54,252 nt of DNA from an uncultured Verrucomicrobiales bacterium (GCA_964351815.1 CAYGPH010000003.1:1-54252); one strand, 5' to 3'. Shown: positions 21,588-31,907, counted from the stretch's first letter. Notes: generated by a model not told the origin, from the sequence alone. Made by a program: numbers and translations.

Positions 21588-23537
21588 TTATGATTCGTTA
21601 GCTAAAACCTTGTGAATTTGCTGACTAATAGTATCAGGTGTTAAGCCAAAATGCTGAAAAAGATCACTAGCTGGGGCAGAGGCCCCAAAGCTGTTGATGC
21701 CAAAAAATTGGTCATTATTTCTTAAAAACTTACCCCAAAGGCCTTCTGTGCTTGCTTCAATAATAAAGCGTGGATCTTTTCCAAGCACACTTTCTTGATA
21801 ATCTTTAGATTGGTTTAAAAACAACTCAAGACAAGGCACAGATGCCACATTAACCTGATAGCCAATGTCCCCAAGGTTCTTAGCCGTATCTACGGCAAGA
21901 CTTAATTCTGACCCAGTAGAAATTATTGTACAGTCTGGTTTGATCGAAGTTTTAACAAGGTAGCCGCCCTTATAGCTTAAATTTTCTTGGCGAAATATAT
22001 TTAGCGTTGGTAGGTTTTGGCGGCTTAAAATCAAAGCTGTAGGCTTACGGCGTTCTTCTAAGGCTATTTGCCAACATTCAGCAACCTCGATACCATCGCA
22101 TGGCCTTAAGGTTAATAAATTTGGTATACTGCGTAAGTGGGCAAGGTGTTCAATAGGTTGGTGGGTAGGGCCATCCTCACCAAGGCCAATGGAATCATGG
22201 GTTAGAACATATATGACACCCTGATGCATAAGTGAAGAAAGGCGCAGGGCTGGCTTTAAGTAATCTAAAAAAACACAAAAAGTCCCGCCATAAGGAATGA
22301 TGGCGTTTGATAAACATAAGCCATTCATTGCTGCAGCCATAGCATGTTCACGGATCCCATAGTGTAGGTAGTTTCCTTGAAAATTATTTTTTGAAATCAT
22401 TTTGCTATGGGTTGTTTTGGTATTGTTCGAAGGGGTTAGGTCTGCTGAACCACCAACCAATGGAATATTTTCAGGTAGGGCGTTTAATACGCTCTCTGAT
22501 AAAGATCTCGTGGCTTTGTTGGGTTTATCAGCGGCAAATTTTCTTTTGAGATCAATGAACGCATTACCAAACTCAATATTAGGTTTAGTTAGTTTTTCTA
22601 ATATTTCCCCTGAAACATTTTTGTACCATTTTTGTACGGTATCTTCTTGCTTACTGCCAATATGCTGCCAGGCATTTAAAATATCTTCAGGTATTTCAAA
22701 GGGTGGGTAAGGCCAGTTTAAATTTTTACGCATGGTCGCAATTTCTTCAGTTCCTAATGGGGATCCATGGCAGCCAGAAGTATTTGCTTTAGTAGGTGCA
22801 CCAAAGCCAATGGTGGTTTTGCAAGAAATAAGACAAGGCTGATTTTGCTGCTTTGCCAACGCAATTGCCTTATCGATGGCTTGGTAATCATGGCCATCAA
22901 TTGTTTGTGTATGCCACCCATAACTTTCAAACCGTTGATTCGTATTGTCTGAAAAACTTAGGCTTGTTGGGCCATCTATACTAATTCCGTTATCATCGTA
23001 GAGCACAATAAGTTTTTTTAAACCCATGTGACCAGCAAGTGATCCTGCCTCGTGGCTAATGCCTTCCATCATGTCGCCATCGCTGGCCATAACATAGGTG
23101 TAATAGTTTATTGTTTCCCCACCAAATCGCGCTGATAATATAGATTCAGCAAGTGCCATACCAACAGCCGTGGCTAAACCTTGACCAAGTGGGCCTGTGG
23201 TTGTTTCAATTCCCTTTAATAAACCAAATTCTGGATGCCCTGCCATGGGGGAATTTAATTTTCTAAAATTTTTAATAGCTTTTAGGTTCGCATCATTATA
23301 GCCACATAAGTATAACGCACTGTATAAAAGCATGGATCCATGGCCCGCAGATAATACAAAGCGATCACGGTTTGGCCATTCTGGAGATTGTGAGGAAAAG
23401 CACAGATGATTTTTGTATAGAACCGTCATTACATCGGCCATACCTAGGGGCATGCCTGGATGGCCGGAATTTGCCTGTTCAACGGCATCAACACTAAGAA
23501 AACGTAATGCTTTTGCAAGCTTGGTATAATCTATCAA
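21588..23537 (-). CDS. tkt: Transketolase
   Basis: 649 aa. SGHPGMPLG and the thiamine-PP region SDGDMMEGISHEA. TTG start. Confidence 0.96.
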   Translation of the reverse strand: MIDYTKLAKALRFLSVDAVEQANSGHPGMPLGMADVMTVLYKNHLCFSSQSPEWPNRDRFVLSAGHGSMLLYSALYLCGYNDANLKAIKNFRKLNSPMAGHPEFGLLKGIETTTGPLGQGLATAVGMALAESILSARFGGETINYYTYVMASDGDMMEGISHEAGSLAGHMGLKKLIVLYDDNGISIDGPTSLSFSDNTNQRFESYGWHTQTIDGHDYQAIDKAIALAKQQNQPCLISCKTTIGFGAPTKANTSGCHGSPLGTEEIATMRKNLNWPYPPFEIPEDILNAWQHIGSKQEDTVQKWYKNVSGEILEKLTKPNIEFGNAFIDLKRKFAADKPNKATRSLSESVLNALPENIPLVGGSADLTPSNNTKTTHSKMISKNNFQGNYLHYGIREHAMAAAMNGLCLSNAIIPYGGTFCVFLDYLKPALRLSSLMHQGVIYVLTHDSIGLGEDGPTHQPIEHLAHLRSIPNLLTLRPCDGIEVAECWQIALEERRKPTALILSRQNLPTLNIFRQENLSYKGGYLVKTSIKPDCTIISTGSELSLAVDTAKNLGDIGYQVNVASVPCLELFLNQSKDYQESVLGKDPRFIIEASTEGLWGKFLRNNDQFFGINSFGASAPASDLFQHFGLTPDTISQQIHKVLANES

Positions 23538-23632
23538 GTTTTATGTTAAATTTTATTTAATACCAAAACTATAGCTTAAGATTTTTCCATATGAAAATCT
23601 TTTCCCATGAATATAGGCTTAATCTATCCAGC

Positions 23633-23998
23633 TTAATGTAAGGATGTTTCTTGCCAAGTTAGCAATGTAGTAATTAATTTTTCTGAAACGTGTTTATAGT
23701 CACCCTTCATGATTTCCTTGGCTTTTGGTTTATCGCCAGCAAGGGCAGCCGTTAGAATATCTGCAGCTATTTTATGAAAAGAAGTATGTTGATCTTTCAC
23801 CGATTGATAATAGCTAGAACTTTTTTCTTCTTCCGTAATACTGGAGCCGTAAAGCCATTTTCCAAACATACAAAGATTATCTTTAGCCGTATCCGTAGGA
23901 TTTTTAGAACTTTCGCCCTTATTAATTGCAAGACTTAAATGAATTTTCCATTTTTTATGGGCGCTAATTGCCTTATTAATTTCATCATAAAGATCCAT
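23633..23998 (-). CDS. Stand-alone CZB (chemoreceptor zinc-binding) domain protein
   Basis: 121 aa. The spacing H-KKW ... C-MFGKWLYG ... H-TSFH matches the CZB 3His/1Cys pattern. Confidence 0.75.
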   Translation of the reverse strand: MDLYDEINKAISAHKKWKIHLSLAINKGESSKNPTDTAKDNLCMFGKWLYGSSITEEEKSSSYYQSVKDQHTSFHKIAADILTAALAGDKPKAKEIMKGDYKHVSEKLITTLLTWQETSLH

Positions 23999-24070
23999 AA
24001 CTTTAAGCTTTGCTGCAAACGATAACTGTAATATTACACGTTTTACTATTAAAAATACGTTAAGAAATTT

Positions 24071-25330
24071 TTATGCAGCCATGGTTAGTCTTGCTTCCCT
24101 TTTAACGGGTTTACGGTCACGCAGTAAATAGTGAAGGCTTATAAAACCAAATATGGCAAAAATTCCAATATAAATAATAACGCCAAAAAGTTTTCCATTT
24201 AAGAACTGGGTTAAGGTACCCGTTACCAAGGGTGTAATGCCTGCAAAAGTACTTAAGCCTGCAGAAAAAGCAAACCCTGATAGTCGTCCACGCAGAAGTG
24301 GTGGTACGTCGTAAGCGCTTAAGGGGTGTACAACCGAATATGCCATAGCCGCCGGAATAATCATAAGGGTTTGAAAAGCCATATAAGCTTGTAACTTTAG
24401 GAAAATAAATGCGGGATATAGTAAAATAAGTTGAACAGCGCAGGCACCTAGTATCATTTTGCGCCAACCAATTTTATCACTTATCCAGCCGGCAATAGCT
24501 GTTAATATATTATGGCCAATTACAGCGTAAACAGTCATTTGAATGGCGTCTTGTAGGGGCAATTTCATAATTTTAGTCATAAAAAAGGAGGTGTAACTTA
24601 GGGGAATCCATATAAAAACACCGGCAACGCCACCAACAATGATTGCGCGGTATACATATTTTTTATGCTTTTTTTCTAAAATGCTTAAATTGCTGGCTTC
24701 TTCCTTGAACTGTTCACGGTAAAATACCGGGCTTTCGCTTACATAACGGCGCAGGTAGTAGGAAAACACTCCAAGGGCTGCAGCGCCAACAAAAGGCACA
24801 CGCCAAGCCCAATCAGGCATGCCAGGCATGGAACAAATAGCTACACAGCCAATGGCAAGCAAACTTCCTGTGCCAGCTGCGGCATTATATAGCCCGGCAA
24901 CGGTTCCAGCTTTTTGCCAGCCATAGGATTCAATTAAAAGTACACCACCGTTGGTAAATTCCCCACCCATGCACATGCCTTGAATAATCCGGCATAAAAT
25001 TAATAGGGCTGGGGCAATAATTCCTACCTGTTCATAGGTAGGTAGTAAACCAATACATAAGGTAGGAACGGCCATACCAAGTACAGATAACATTAGGCTT
25101 TTTTTCCGGCCTTGTTGATCTGCCATATAACCGAATATATAACCACCAATCGGACGAGCCAAAAAGCCAACGGCGAAAAAGAAGCCGCTAATAATTGTGT
25201 CGTGAATGGGATTTACCGGCGGGTAAAAAAGGGGCGCAAGGAGAAAACTAAAATGAGCAAAGATAAAAAAATCAAAATACTCAAGCACGTTACCGCACAT
25301 TAATGCTGGAAGAAGAAATTTTTGACGCAT
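24071..25330 (-). CDS. MFS transporter (metabolite:H+ symporter-like)
   Basis: 419 aa, about 12 TM segments. Motif A-like GYIFGYMADQQGRKKSL. Confidence 0.85.
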   Translation of the reverse strand: MRQKFLLPALMCGNVLEYFDFFIFAHFSFLLAPLFYPPVNPIHDTIISGFFFAVGFLARPIGGYIFGYMADQQGRKKSLMLSVLGMAVPTLCIGLLPTYEQVGIIAPALLILCRIIQGMCMGGEFTNGGVLLIESYGWQKAGTVAGLYNAAAGTGSLLAIGCVAICSMPGMPDWAWRVPFVGAAALGVFSYYLRRYVSESPVFYREQFKEEASNLSILEKKHKKYVYRAIIVGGVAGVFIWIPLSYTSFFMTKIMKLPLQDAIQMTVYAVIGHNILTAIAGWISDKIGWRKMILGACAVQLILLYPAFIFLKLQAYMAFQTLMIIPAAMAYSVVHPLSAYDVPPLLRGRLSGFAFSAGLSTFAGITPLVTGTLTQFLNGKLFGVIIYIGIFAIFGFISLHYLLRDRKPVKREARLTMAA

Positions 25331-25410
25331 AACAAAAATACGCTTTTAATGAATTATGTTAATATTATGATAACTATTCTAAAAAATATCAATAGGTATG
25401 CAAAAAAATC

Positions 25411-26193
25411 ATGAATAAAAATCCTAAAAAAATATTAAATTCTTATAAATGGCTATATTTTTGCCGAAAAAGCACTCTAAACTCACACTTAAAAGCCTTT
25501 TCATTACTTGAAGTTGCTATTTCTTTGGTGGTTATGGGGTTGATTATTAGCGCAGCGGTTCCAACTTATAATCGCTTTGTGAATGCAAAAAAATATCAAC
25601 AATCAAAAAAACTTATGGACTCAACCATGTATGCGCTTGCCTTGTATGTCAAAGACCATAATAAACTCCCATGTCCTGCAAGTAATACTAGTGGTTTTGC
25701 CATGCAAAGTTGTTTAGGTTTTTCAAAGGGATATGTTCCTTATAATACGTTAGGGTTAGATCCTAAGTATGCAAAAAATGGTTTTGGGCGTTGGCTAACT
25801 TATGTCATGGATGGTTTTTACAGCCAGCAAACTTTTCAAGGGCTAGCTATGGATGAAACCAATAAGGGGTTAAGTCATCCTAGTGCTTATTTATGTAACG
25901 CCAAGGGAAATTTTTCCATACAAATTTATCATAGGGACACTCAAACTTATAACAATCACGCAGATTATTCCGTAGCTTTAGCACTTATAAGCCATGGTAA
26001 AAATGGTGGTAACTACGATAACAATGGGTATACCCAGGCGATTACTTCTAACAGTGCAGAAAAACATACAAATGCGGACAATAGTAGCACTATACACATA
26101 GCACCATTTGATCCTAAAAATTTTGATGATTATGTTATATATTTTACGATGCCTCAATTTTTATATGAATATTTAGAAGTTCGCTGTGGTTAG
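25411..26193 (+). CDS. Prepilin-type N-terminal methylation-domain protein (pilin/pseudopilin-like)
   Basis: KAFSLLEVAISLVVMGLIISAAV is a class-III signal with its hydrophobic helix, preceded by an unusually long leader of about 28 aa. Confidence 0.7.
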   Translation: MNKNPKKILNSYKWLYFCRKSTLNSHLKAFSLLEVAISLVVMGLIISAAVPTYNRFVNAKKYQQSKKLMDSTMYALALYVKDHNKLPCPASNTSGFAMQSCLGFSKGYVPYNTLGLDPKYAKNGFGRWLTYVMDGFYSQQTFQGLAMDETNKGLSHPSAYLCNAKGNFSIQIYHRDTQTYNNHADYSVALALISHGKNGGNYDNNGYTQAITSNSAEKHTNADNSSTIHIAPFDPKNFDDYVIYFTMPQFLYEYLEVRCG

Positions 26194-26244
26194 ATTGAAA
26201 AAAATATAATTTTCTGTTATTATCCGTTAAAAATAAAGTATTAT

Positions 26245-26979
26245 ATGATTCCTAAAATAGGGGTTCCCCTAGATTTTATTCGTCTTAATCGACACATAGG
26301 TGCTGACTGGTACGCAGGATCAGACTGGTATGCTATACGCTACCGCTACCACGATGCCATATGTGCTAATGGGGGTTTACCATTTTTCCTTGGTTATAAC
26401 TTTGATTTAATAGATGCTTACTGTGAAAGCCTAGATGGTTTGCTTATTGCGGGCGGTAATATTGATCACGAACCGATTTTAGAAACAAATAACCAGGCTT
26501 GGCAGCGCAATAATAATCCTGACCGCACAAAATTTGAAAGCGCTATATTATCGGCTTTTATAAAAACAAAAAAACCAGTATTAACGGTTTGTGGCGGCTA
26601 TCAGCTTCTTAATAAAATTTATGGTGGTTCCTTGTATAAAGACTTGGAAACAGAATGTACAGGTCTTGTAGAAAGCCATGTGGCAACACAAGATAATCCT
26701 CCAGTGAAAGCTAGCCATAGGGTTAGTATTGTCGAAAATACTTTGTTGCATACCATTGCACAAGAAACCACAGCTAATGTGAATTCAGATCATCATCAAG
26801 CAATAAAAACAGTTGGGGATAATCTTACGGTAAACGCTTACAGTGAAAAAGATAGGGTCATTGAAGGTGTTGAATTAAATAATCACCCGTTTTGTGTGGG
26901 TGTTCAGTGGCACCCTGAATTTTTTATCGATAACCTTGATCACAACCTTTTTAAGTGTTTTATTCAAGCATGCGCATAA
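26245..26979 (+). CDS. Class-I glutamine amidotransferase / peptidase C26 (gamma-glutamyl hydrolase-like)
   Basis: Nucleophile elbow CGGYQLLN and the GVQWHPE motif. Confidence 0.85.
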   Translation: MIPKIGVPLDFIRLNRHIGADWYAGSDWYAIRYRYHDAICANGGLPFFLGYNFDLIDAYCESLDGLLIAGGNIDHEPILETNNQAWQRNNNPDRTKFESAILSAFIKTKKPVLTVCGGYQLLNKIYGGSLYKDLETECTGLVESHVATQDNPPVKASHRVSIVENTLLHTIAQETTANVNSDHHQAIKTVGDNLTVNAYSEKDRVIEGVELNNHPFCVGVQWHPEFFIDNLDHNLFKCFIQACA

Positions 26980-27713
26980 ATAAATGGATAGCCAGTAGTG
27001 GCTTTTGTTCTCGGCGTAAGGCGGAAGAATTTATATTATCTGGTGAAGTTAAAATAAATAACCAAGTTTGTGAAAATCTTGCAACCCAAATTCAGGATGA
27101 TGATAAGGTAGAAATTAATGGCAAGCTTTTAAGCTTGCGTAAAAATATTGGCGTTTGGTGTTTTTATAAGCCACGCGGTGTAATTACAACCCACAATGAT
27201 CCAGAAAATCGCCAAACCGTTTTTGATTTCTTAAAGAAAAAAGGTTTAAGGGAAAGGGTTATATCTATTGGCCGCCTTGACTATAATTCAGAAGGTCTAT
27301 TGTTACTAACTAACAATAGTGACTTTGCTTGTTTTGCAGAAAAACCAGGTTCTGGTTGGGTAAGAAAGTACAAGGTTCGTGTTTATGGAGACTTAACAAA
27401 CATACTGCGAGCGGATTTTTCCAAGGGAATAAAAATTGAAGATACTTTTTATAAACCTTTTAAGGTTGATGCAGAAAAAAATACAGAATCATATGGTGCT
27501 TCTAAAAATCAATGGCTTATTTTTGATTTGATGGAAGGAAAAAACCGTGAAATCCGTAAAATTTGTGAACACTATGATTTACAAGTTAGTAAGCTTATAC
27601 GCACGAATTACGGCCCGTTTTCCTTATTAAAGGTAAATAACCCAGGAGACATTAATAAGAGTTTTCATGGATCTAAACAAGATCTACAAAAACAACTTCA
27701 TATTACTTTTTAA
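26970..27713 (+). CDS. RsuA/RluB-family rRNA pseudouridine synthase
   Basis: S4 domain (MRINKWIASSGFCSRRKAEEFI) and catalytic GRLDYNSEGLLLLTN. Start set to ATG 26970. Confidence 0.88.
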   Translation: MRINKWIASSGFCSRRKAEEFILSGEVKINNQVCENLATQIQDDDKVEINGKLLSLRKNIGVWCFYKPRGVITTHNDPENRQTVFDFLKKKGLRERVISIGRLDYNSEGLLLLTNNSDFACFAEKPGSGWVRKYKVRVYGDLTNILRADFSKGIKIEDTFYKPFKVDAEKNTESYGASKNQWLIFDLMEGKNREIRKICEHYDLQVSKLIRTNYGPFSLLKVNNPGDINKSFHGSKQDLQKQLHITF

Positions 27714-28309
27714 GCACTACCACACTGCAATGAAAGAGACGTAGGTTCAATGCCAAGCATTGCAAGGCTTGCTTTCCAACGCATATCGATAGGTGTATCA
27801 TAAATTAACCGCGTTTCAGCATCGGTTACCATCCAAAAGTTTTCTTGTATTTCTTGCTCAAGCTGTCCGGCTACCCAGCTAGCGTAACCTAAACTTAGGA
27901 TAAAATCTTTCGGTCCTTCATCTGCAGCTATGGCCCTTAGGATGTCTAGGGTAGCAGTTATGGAAAAATCCTTGTCAACTTCTACCGTTGATTCCCTTTT
28001 GAAATCCTTAGAATGCAATACAAATCCCCGACTAACTTCCATTGGTCCACCAGCAAACATGGGTACTTCTGGCGTATAACTTTCTATAGGAATGCTTAGC
28101 TGGCTTAAAAGCTCGTGAAAACTTAATGATTGTAAAGGTTGGTTTATAACTAAGCCAATGGCACCAAATTCATCATGACCACATAGGTAAATAACCACAT
28201 TAGAAAATTTATTATCCCGATGAAATGGGGTTGAAGTTAATAATTTTCCTGTTAGGTAACCTTTTCTATGATTGTGATCCGTAGATAGAGTATCCAAAAA
28301 ATTTCTCAA
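27710..28309 (-). CDS. YqgE/AlgH-family (UPF0301) protein
   Basis: 199 aa. AGGPMEVSRGFVLHS and GYASWVAGQLEQEI patterns. TTG start. Confidence 0.88.
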   Translation of the reverse strand: MRNFLDTLSTDHNHRKGYLTGKLLTSTPFHRDNKFSNVVIYLCGHDEFGAIGLVINQPLQSLSFHELLSQLSIPIESYTPEVPMFAGGPMEVSRGFVLHSKDFKRESTVEVDKDFSITATLDILRAIAADEGPKDFILSLGYASWVAGQLEQEIQENFWMVTDAETRLIYDTPIDMRWKASLAMLGIEPTSLSLQCGSA

Positions 28310-28420
28310 AATATAACCTCTTGTTTGTTTACAAAAGGTATACCTACCTCTCGTGCTGTTGTAATATTAGCTCTCAACAGTTACGAATGTTTTAACAATA
28401 GTGAAAATTGCAGATAAAAA

Positions 28421-29509
28421 ATGCATAACTTAATCGAATGTCAGTCATGCTTTGAAGGCATGATAGGGGATATAAAAATTCAATCGAGAGTCCTAGCAAT
28501 AGATTGCGAGTTTGATCGCCGTACTACTTTTTATCCAAATCTATCACTTATTCAAATTTGTGATGGAAAAAAAATTTGGATTATTGATGGTTTAAAGATA
28601 AAAAAATTTGATTCATTAAAAAAAATACTTGAAGATGAATCAATTATTAAAGTGTTTCATTCGGGGCAACAAGATTACGAGCTGTTGCACCAGCATTGTA
28701 ATATCCTAACATCACCAATATTTGATACGCAAATTATGGCAAGTTTTTTAGGTTACGGAATTGACCCAAGCCTTGAAAAAATGTCGCAACAAGCGTTAAA
28801 TTTGCCCCTTGATAAGCAATATCAAGATGCAGATTGGATGATACGTCCACTTACACATGGAATGCTTGAATACGCTAGTAACGATGTTAAAACCGTTTTT
28901 AACTTATATAATTTCTTTCTTACAATTAACGATTACCGTAAAACTTGGGCTATGCATGAAATGGCCAAGGGTTTTAACCTAGCACAGGCTAACCCGCATG
29001 AATGGTTAAAGCTTATCCCTGTTAAGCCAAGCATTGCTGAAGCATACATTTTAGAAAAATTATGTGCCTGGCGGCAAAATTATGCGGAAAAACTAAATAT
29101 TCCAAAAACGTTTATTTTCAAAAATGGTATCTTTAAAAACAGGCAACTTTTTTCGCTTGGTGATTCTGTTGTAAAGTTTGAAAAGGTTTTGCAGCAATCA
29201 AAGCTTGATAGTGAATCTTTTGAAAAACTTAAAAAACAGTATATGGGGTGGTGTGATGAAGCCATATGCTTACCTAAATCAACTGAAAAGAATATTGCTG
29301 AAATACTTAATGAATATTTTTCTGCAAACGATAACAGGCGCTTAAAAAGCGAAATAAAGGACCTTAAGGACAAGCTAAATTTTTTGTCAGCAAAACACAA
29401 TATACCTGCCCATTACATACTGGCCAAAAAAAACTATCTAAAATATCTGCATAACCAAGATGAATTCATGTCTGATTGGCAAAAAGAGCTTTTAAAAGAA
29501 ACGATTTAA
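28421..29509 (+). CDS. rnd: Ribonuclease D
   Basis: DEDDy exonuclease motifs (LAIDCEF, FHSGQQDYELL, YASNDV) followed by a helical C-terminal region. Confidence 0.88.
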   Translation: MHNLIECQSCFEGMIGDIKIQSRVLAIDCEFDRRTTFYPNLSLIQICDGKKIWIIDGLKIKKFDSLKKILEDESIIKVFHSGQQDYELLHQHCNILTSPIFDTQIMASFLGYGIDPSLEKMSQQALNLPLDKQYQDADWMIRPLTHGMLEYASNDVKTVFNLYNFFLTINDYRKTWAMHEMAKGFNLAQANPHEWLKLIPVKPSIAEAYILEKLCAWRQNYAEKLNIPKTFIFKNGIFKNRQLFSLGDSVVKFEKVLQQSKLDSESFEKLKKQYMGWCDEAICLPKSTEKNIAEILNEYFSANDNRRLKSEIKDLKDKLNFLSAKHNIPAHYILAKKNYLKYLHNQDEFMSDWQKELLKETI

Positions 29510-30861
29510 AAATAATTTTTTAAGCGCTGTAAATCTTGCTGAGGGTTAAAGATTTTGACATCAAGTTTCATGCCTTCAGCCGTAAGTTCGCCCATAACAG
29601 CAATAATTAAATACATATTTGTATAGTAATTTTTGCGCACATTAATAAAATTTAGTTGCGCTTGCACAAGTTGTGTTCGTTGCTGAAAAACATCAAATAG
29701 GATTTTTGTTCCAGCCTGAAGTTCTTGTTCTGTGTTGTGAACGGCATCTTTTTGAGCCTGAACCTGTTTTTCGGCGTTTTGCAAACTTATTTTTGAATAA
29801 TGATAGGTTTCAAAAGTTGATCGGCACTGCTTTATTAAGCTTAGACGAACGTTTTCTATTAACGTGCGCTTAGATATAATGGTTTTTGTTAATTGGCGGC
29901 GCTTTGACCAATTTTCGCCACCATTATACAAAGGAACAGACAACTGTAGTCCAATACTTCCAGCGTTACTGTGCGTTGTATCCGCTAATTCTTCTCCACG
30001 GGCAGATCTTACCCTCTTGTTGTGGTTATGCGAGCCTGAAATGTTAAGGTCTAACCTTGGTAAAAGATCGGCCGTTGCAACTTTTTTTTGCTGTTTCGTT
30101 GCGTGGTAGTCCTGATGGGCTGCAATTATATTTGGGTGGTTAGCAAGGGATTTTTCTTCAATACTTTCATAGGTAGTTGGAATTGATGCTAAAGTTTTAA
30201 GTTGTTCTGGTTTTTCTGGAGCATCTAAGGTTGTAACCCTTTTAAATTCAGCTTGCGCAGAAATAAACTCAGCTTTTGCACTGTTAAGTCTGGATAGGGC
30301 ATCCATATATTCGGAATGGGCAATGGAAACCTGTGTGTTCGTTTCTTCACCAACTTGTTGTTTTTTCGTGGCATTGGAATAGCTTGTTTTGTTTGATCTG
30401 ACAAGTGCCTCATAAACTTGAACAGTGGCATACTTTGCTTCTAATTCAAGGTATGCGGCTATTGCACTAAAGAGAATATTTTGTTCCTTTTCATGTAATC
30501 TAGCCCATAAAGCTTTGATATCAAGCTGGGTTTTCTTTTTTGCAGCAACATCGCGAAAGCCATGAAAAAGGTTTTGAGACAAGGTAATTTGCTGACTACG
30601 TGTTAAATCCTTTGATGTTACCGTTGTTTGACTACGATTCGTTTCAGCTTTACTATTTTCCTTACTAAGGTTACCCGTTGCATTTATTCTTGGTCTGAAA
30701 CCCGCAGTAGCTTGCACAAAGTTTTCATGTTGAGCAATAACTTCTTCACGCATGGATTGCAATTCAGGGTTATTTGTATAGGTAGCAGAGCATATTTCTT
30801 CAACGGTTAAAGGGTAAAGCTGAAAAAAAATGCAGAACAAAGTTAAAAATGCTGTTTTCAT
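29506..30861 (-). CDS. tolC: TolC-family outer-membrane efflux protein
   Basis: 451 aa. Signal peptide and a two-repeat helical/beta pattern typical of OEP/TolC. Lies beside pcm-like and rhodanese genes. Confidence 0.85.
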   Translation of the reverse strand: MKTAFLTLFCIFFQLYPLTVEEICSATYTNNPELQSMREEVIAQHENFVQATAGFRPRINATGNLSKENSKAETNRSQTTVTSKDLTRSQQITLSQNLFHGFRDVAAKKKTQLDIKALWARLHEKEQNILFSAIAAYLELEAKYATVQVYEALVRSNKTSYSNATKKQQVGEETNTQVSIAHSEYMDALSRLNSAKAEFISAQAEFKRVTTLDAPEKPEQLKTLASIPTTYESIEEKSLANHPNIIAAHQDYHATKQQKKVATADLLPRLDLNISGSHNHNKRVRSARGEELADTTHSNAGSIGLQLSVPLYNGGENWSKRRQLTKTIISKRTLIENVRLSLIKQCRSTFETYHYSKISLQNAEKQVQAQKDAVHNTEQELQAGTKILFDVFQQRTQLVQAQLNFINVRKNYYTNMYLIIAVMGELTAEGMKLDVKIFNPQQDLQRLKNYF

Positions 30862-30867
30862 GATGAC

Positions 30868-31197
30868 CTAATATTTCTTTAAATGTGTTTGAACATCTGC
30901 CCAAGCATCGATGCCCCCTGTAATGTTATAAACTATAGCAAAGTTTTTCGATATTAGAAACTGACAAGCACGAGCACTTCGTACACCATGGTGGCACAAA
31001 ACTGCTATTGGCTTATCCGTAGATATTTGATCGAAATCATGAAATAAATTTCCTAGGGGAATATGGTAATCGTGGTCAATGCATACGGTTTTTAATTCAG
31101 ATAATTCCCTAACGTCTAGGACGTAATAGTCAGGGCGGTGATCAATTAATTCTTGAACAGTAATACTTTGCATGCACTTAAAACGCAAACTGGTCAT
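30868..31197 (-). CDS. Rhodanese-domain protein
   Basis: 109 aa. Active-site loop CHHGVRS. Confidence 0.85.
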   Translation of the reverse strand: MTSLRFKCMQSITVQELIDHRPDYYVLDVRELSELKTVCIDHDYHIPLGNLFHDFDQISTDKPIAVLCHHGVRSARACQFLISKNFAIVYNITGGIDAWADVQTHLKKY

Positions 31198-31837
31198 GTT
31201 TTTTTAATGCTTCATAAATCGGCATTTTGGTTGCATATGACTTCATTTCAACAAGCTTATTATTTTGTTTTTGATACACTTTTATATGGCCACAATCTGT
31301 TTTTTCTTGGCTACATATAGCACCCGCCATTAAACCGCCATCAACAAGTAAATTTCCATAGGGCTCTAGAACTCCAGGATTACCAAATTCCCAGATAAGC
31401 CTATCAAAAGGGCCATGGCATGGATCACCTTTTACAATACTTGTTTTAAATATGTGTATTTTTTTATGGTTTGCAATTTTATTGGCACGTTTATAAAAAG
31501 TTTCATTGTCTTCAAAAGCATAAACATCGCACCCAAATTGCGCAAGCAGTGCTAGCGTATAGCCGTAATTACAGCCCAGTAAGCACACCTTATGATTTAT
31601 TTGTATTTCTAATGATTGCAGTAAAAACGCAAGGGCAATAGGACTATACATAGCCCTTGCTTCAGGATTTATTTGAATGGTGTCATCGCAATAAGGTTGG
31701 GCTTGATAAGCGACAGGAATATATTTCGCCCTAGATATACTTTTAAAAGCTTGTAATACTTGTGGATTTAGTATGCCGTTGGCCCTTAACTGATTATCTA
31801 CCATATTATGCATGGCGATATCTTCTGCGTTCATCAT
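31178..31837 (-). CDS. pcm: Protein-L-isoaspartate O-methyltransferase-like protein
   Basis: 219 aa. PCMT-like layout with the SAM-binding segment VCLLGCNYGYTLALLAQ. Confidence 0.72.
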   Translation of the reverse strand: MMNAEDIAMHNMVDNQLRANGILNPQVLQAFKSISRAKYIPVAYQAQPYCDDTIQINPEARAMYSPIALAFLLQSLEIQINHKVCLLGCNYGYTLALLAQFGCDVYAFEDNETFYKRANKIANHKKIHIFKTSIVKGDPCHGPFDRLIWEFGNPGVLEPYGNLLVDGGLMAGAICSQEKTDCGHIKVYQKQNNKLVEMKSYATKMPIYEALKKHDQFAF

Positions 31838-31851
31838 ATTTAGACAATTTC

Positions 31852-31881
31852 TTGACCAAAGCTATTGAAAAAGTGTATCAA
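31852..31881 (+). promoter_or_regulatory. Candidate sigma-70-type promoter for tRNA-Cys
   Basis: TTGACC (31852-31857), 18-nt spacer, then TATCAA (31876-31881), about 27 nt upstream of the tRNA 5' end. Confidence 0.3.
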
Positions 31882-31907
31882 TAATACTAAGTTTAGTAAA
31901 TGCTTTT

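Noticed and set aside
24117-24467. 116-aa same-strand alternative-frame ORF inside the MFS transporter gene
   Set aside because: It is fully nested in a well-supported 12-TM coding frame, and its sequence has no family resemblance.
26290-26340. Short direct repeat gactggta(c/t)gc (ADWYAGSDWYA) at the start of the C26 amidotransferase gene
   Set aside because: This is a two-copy, ~12-nt in-frame repeat of no evident consequence.
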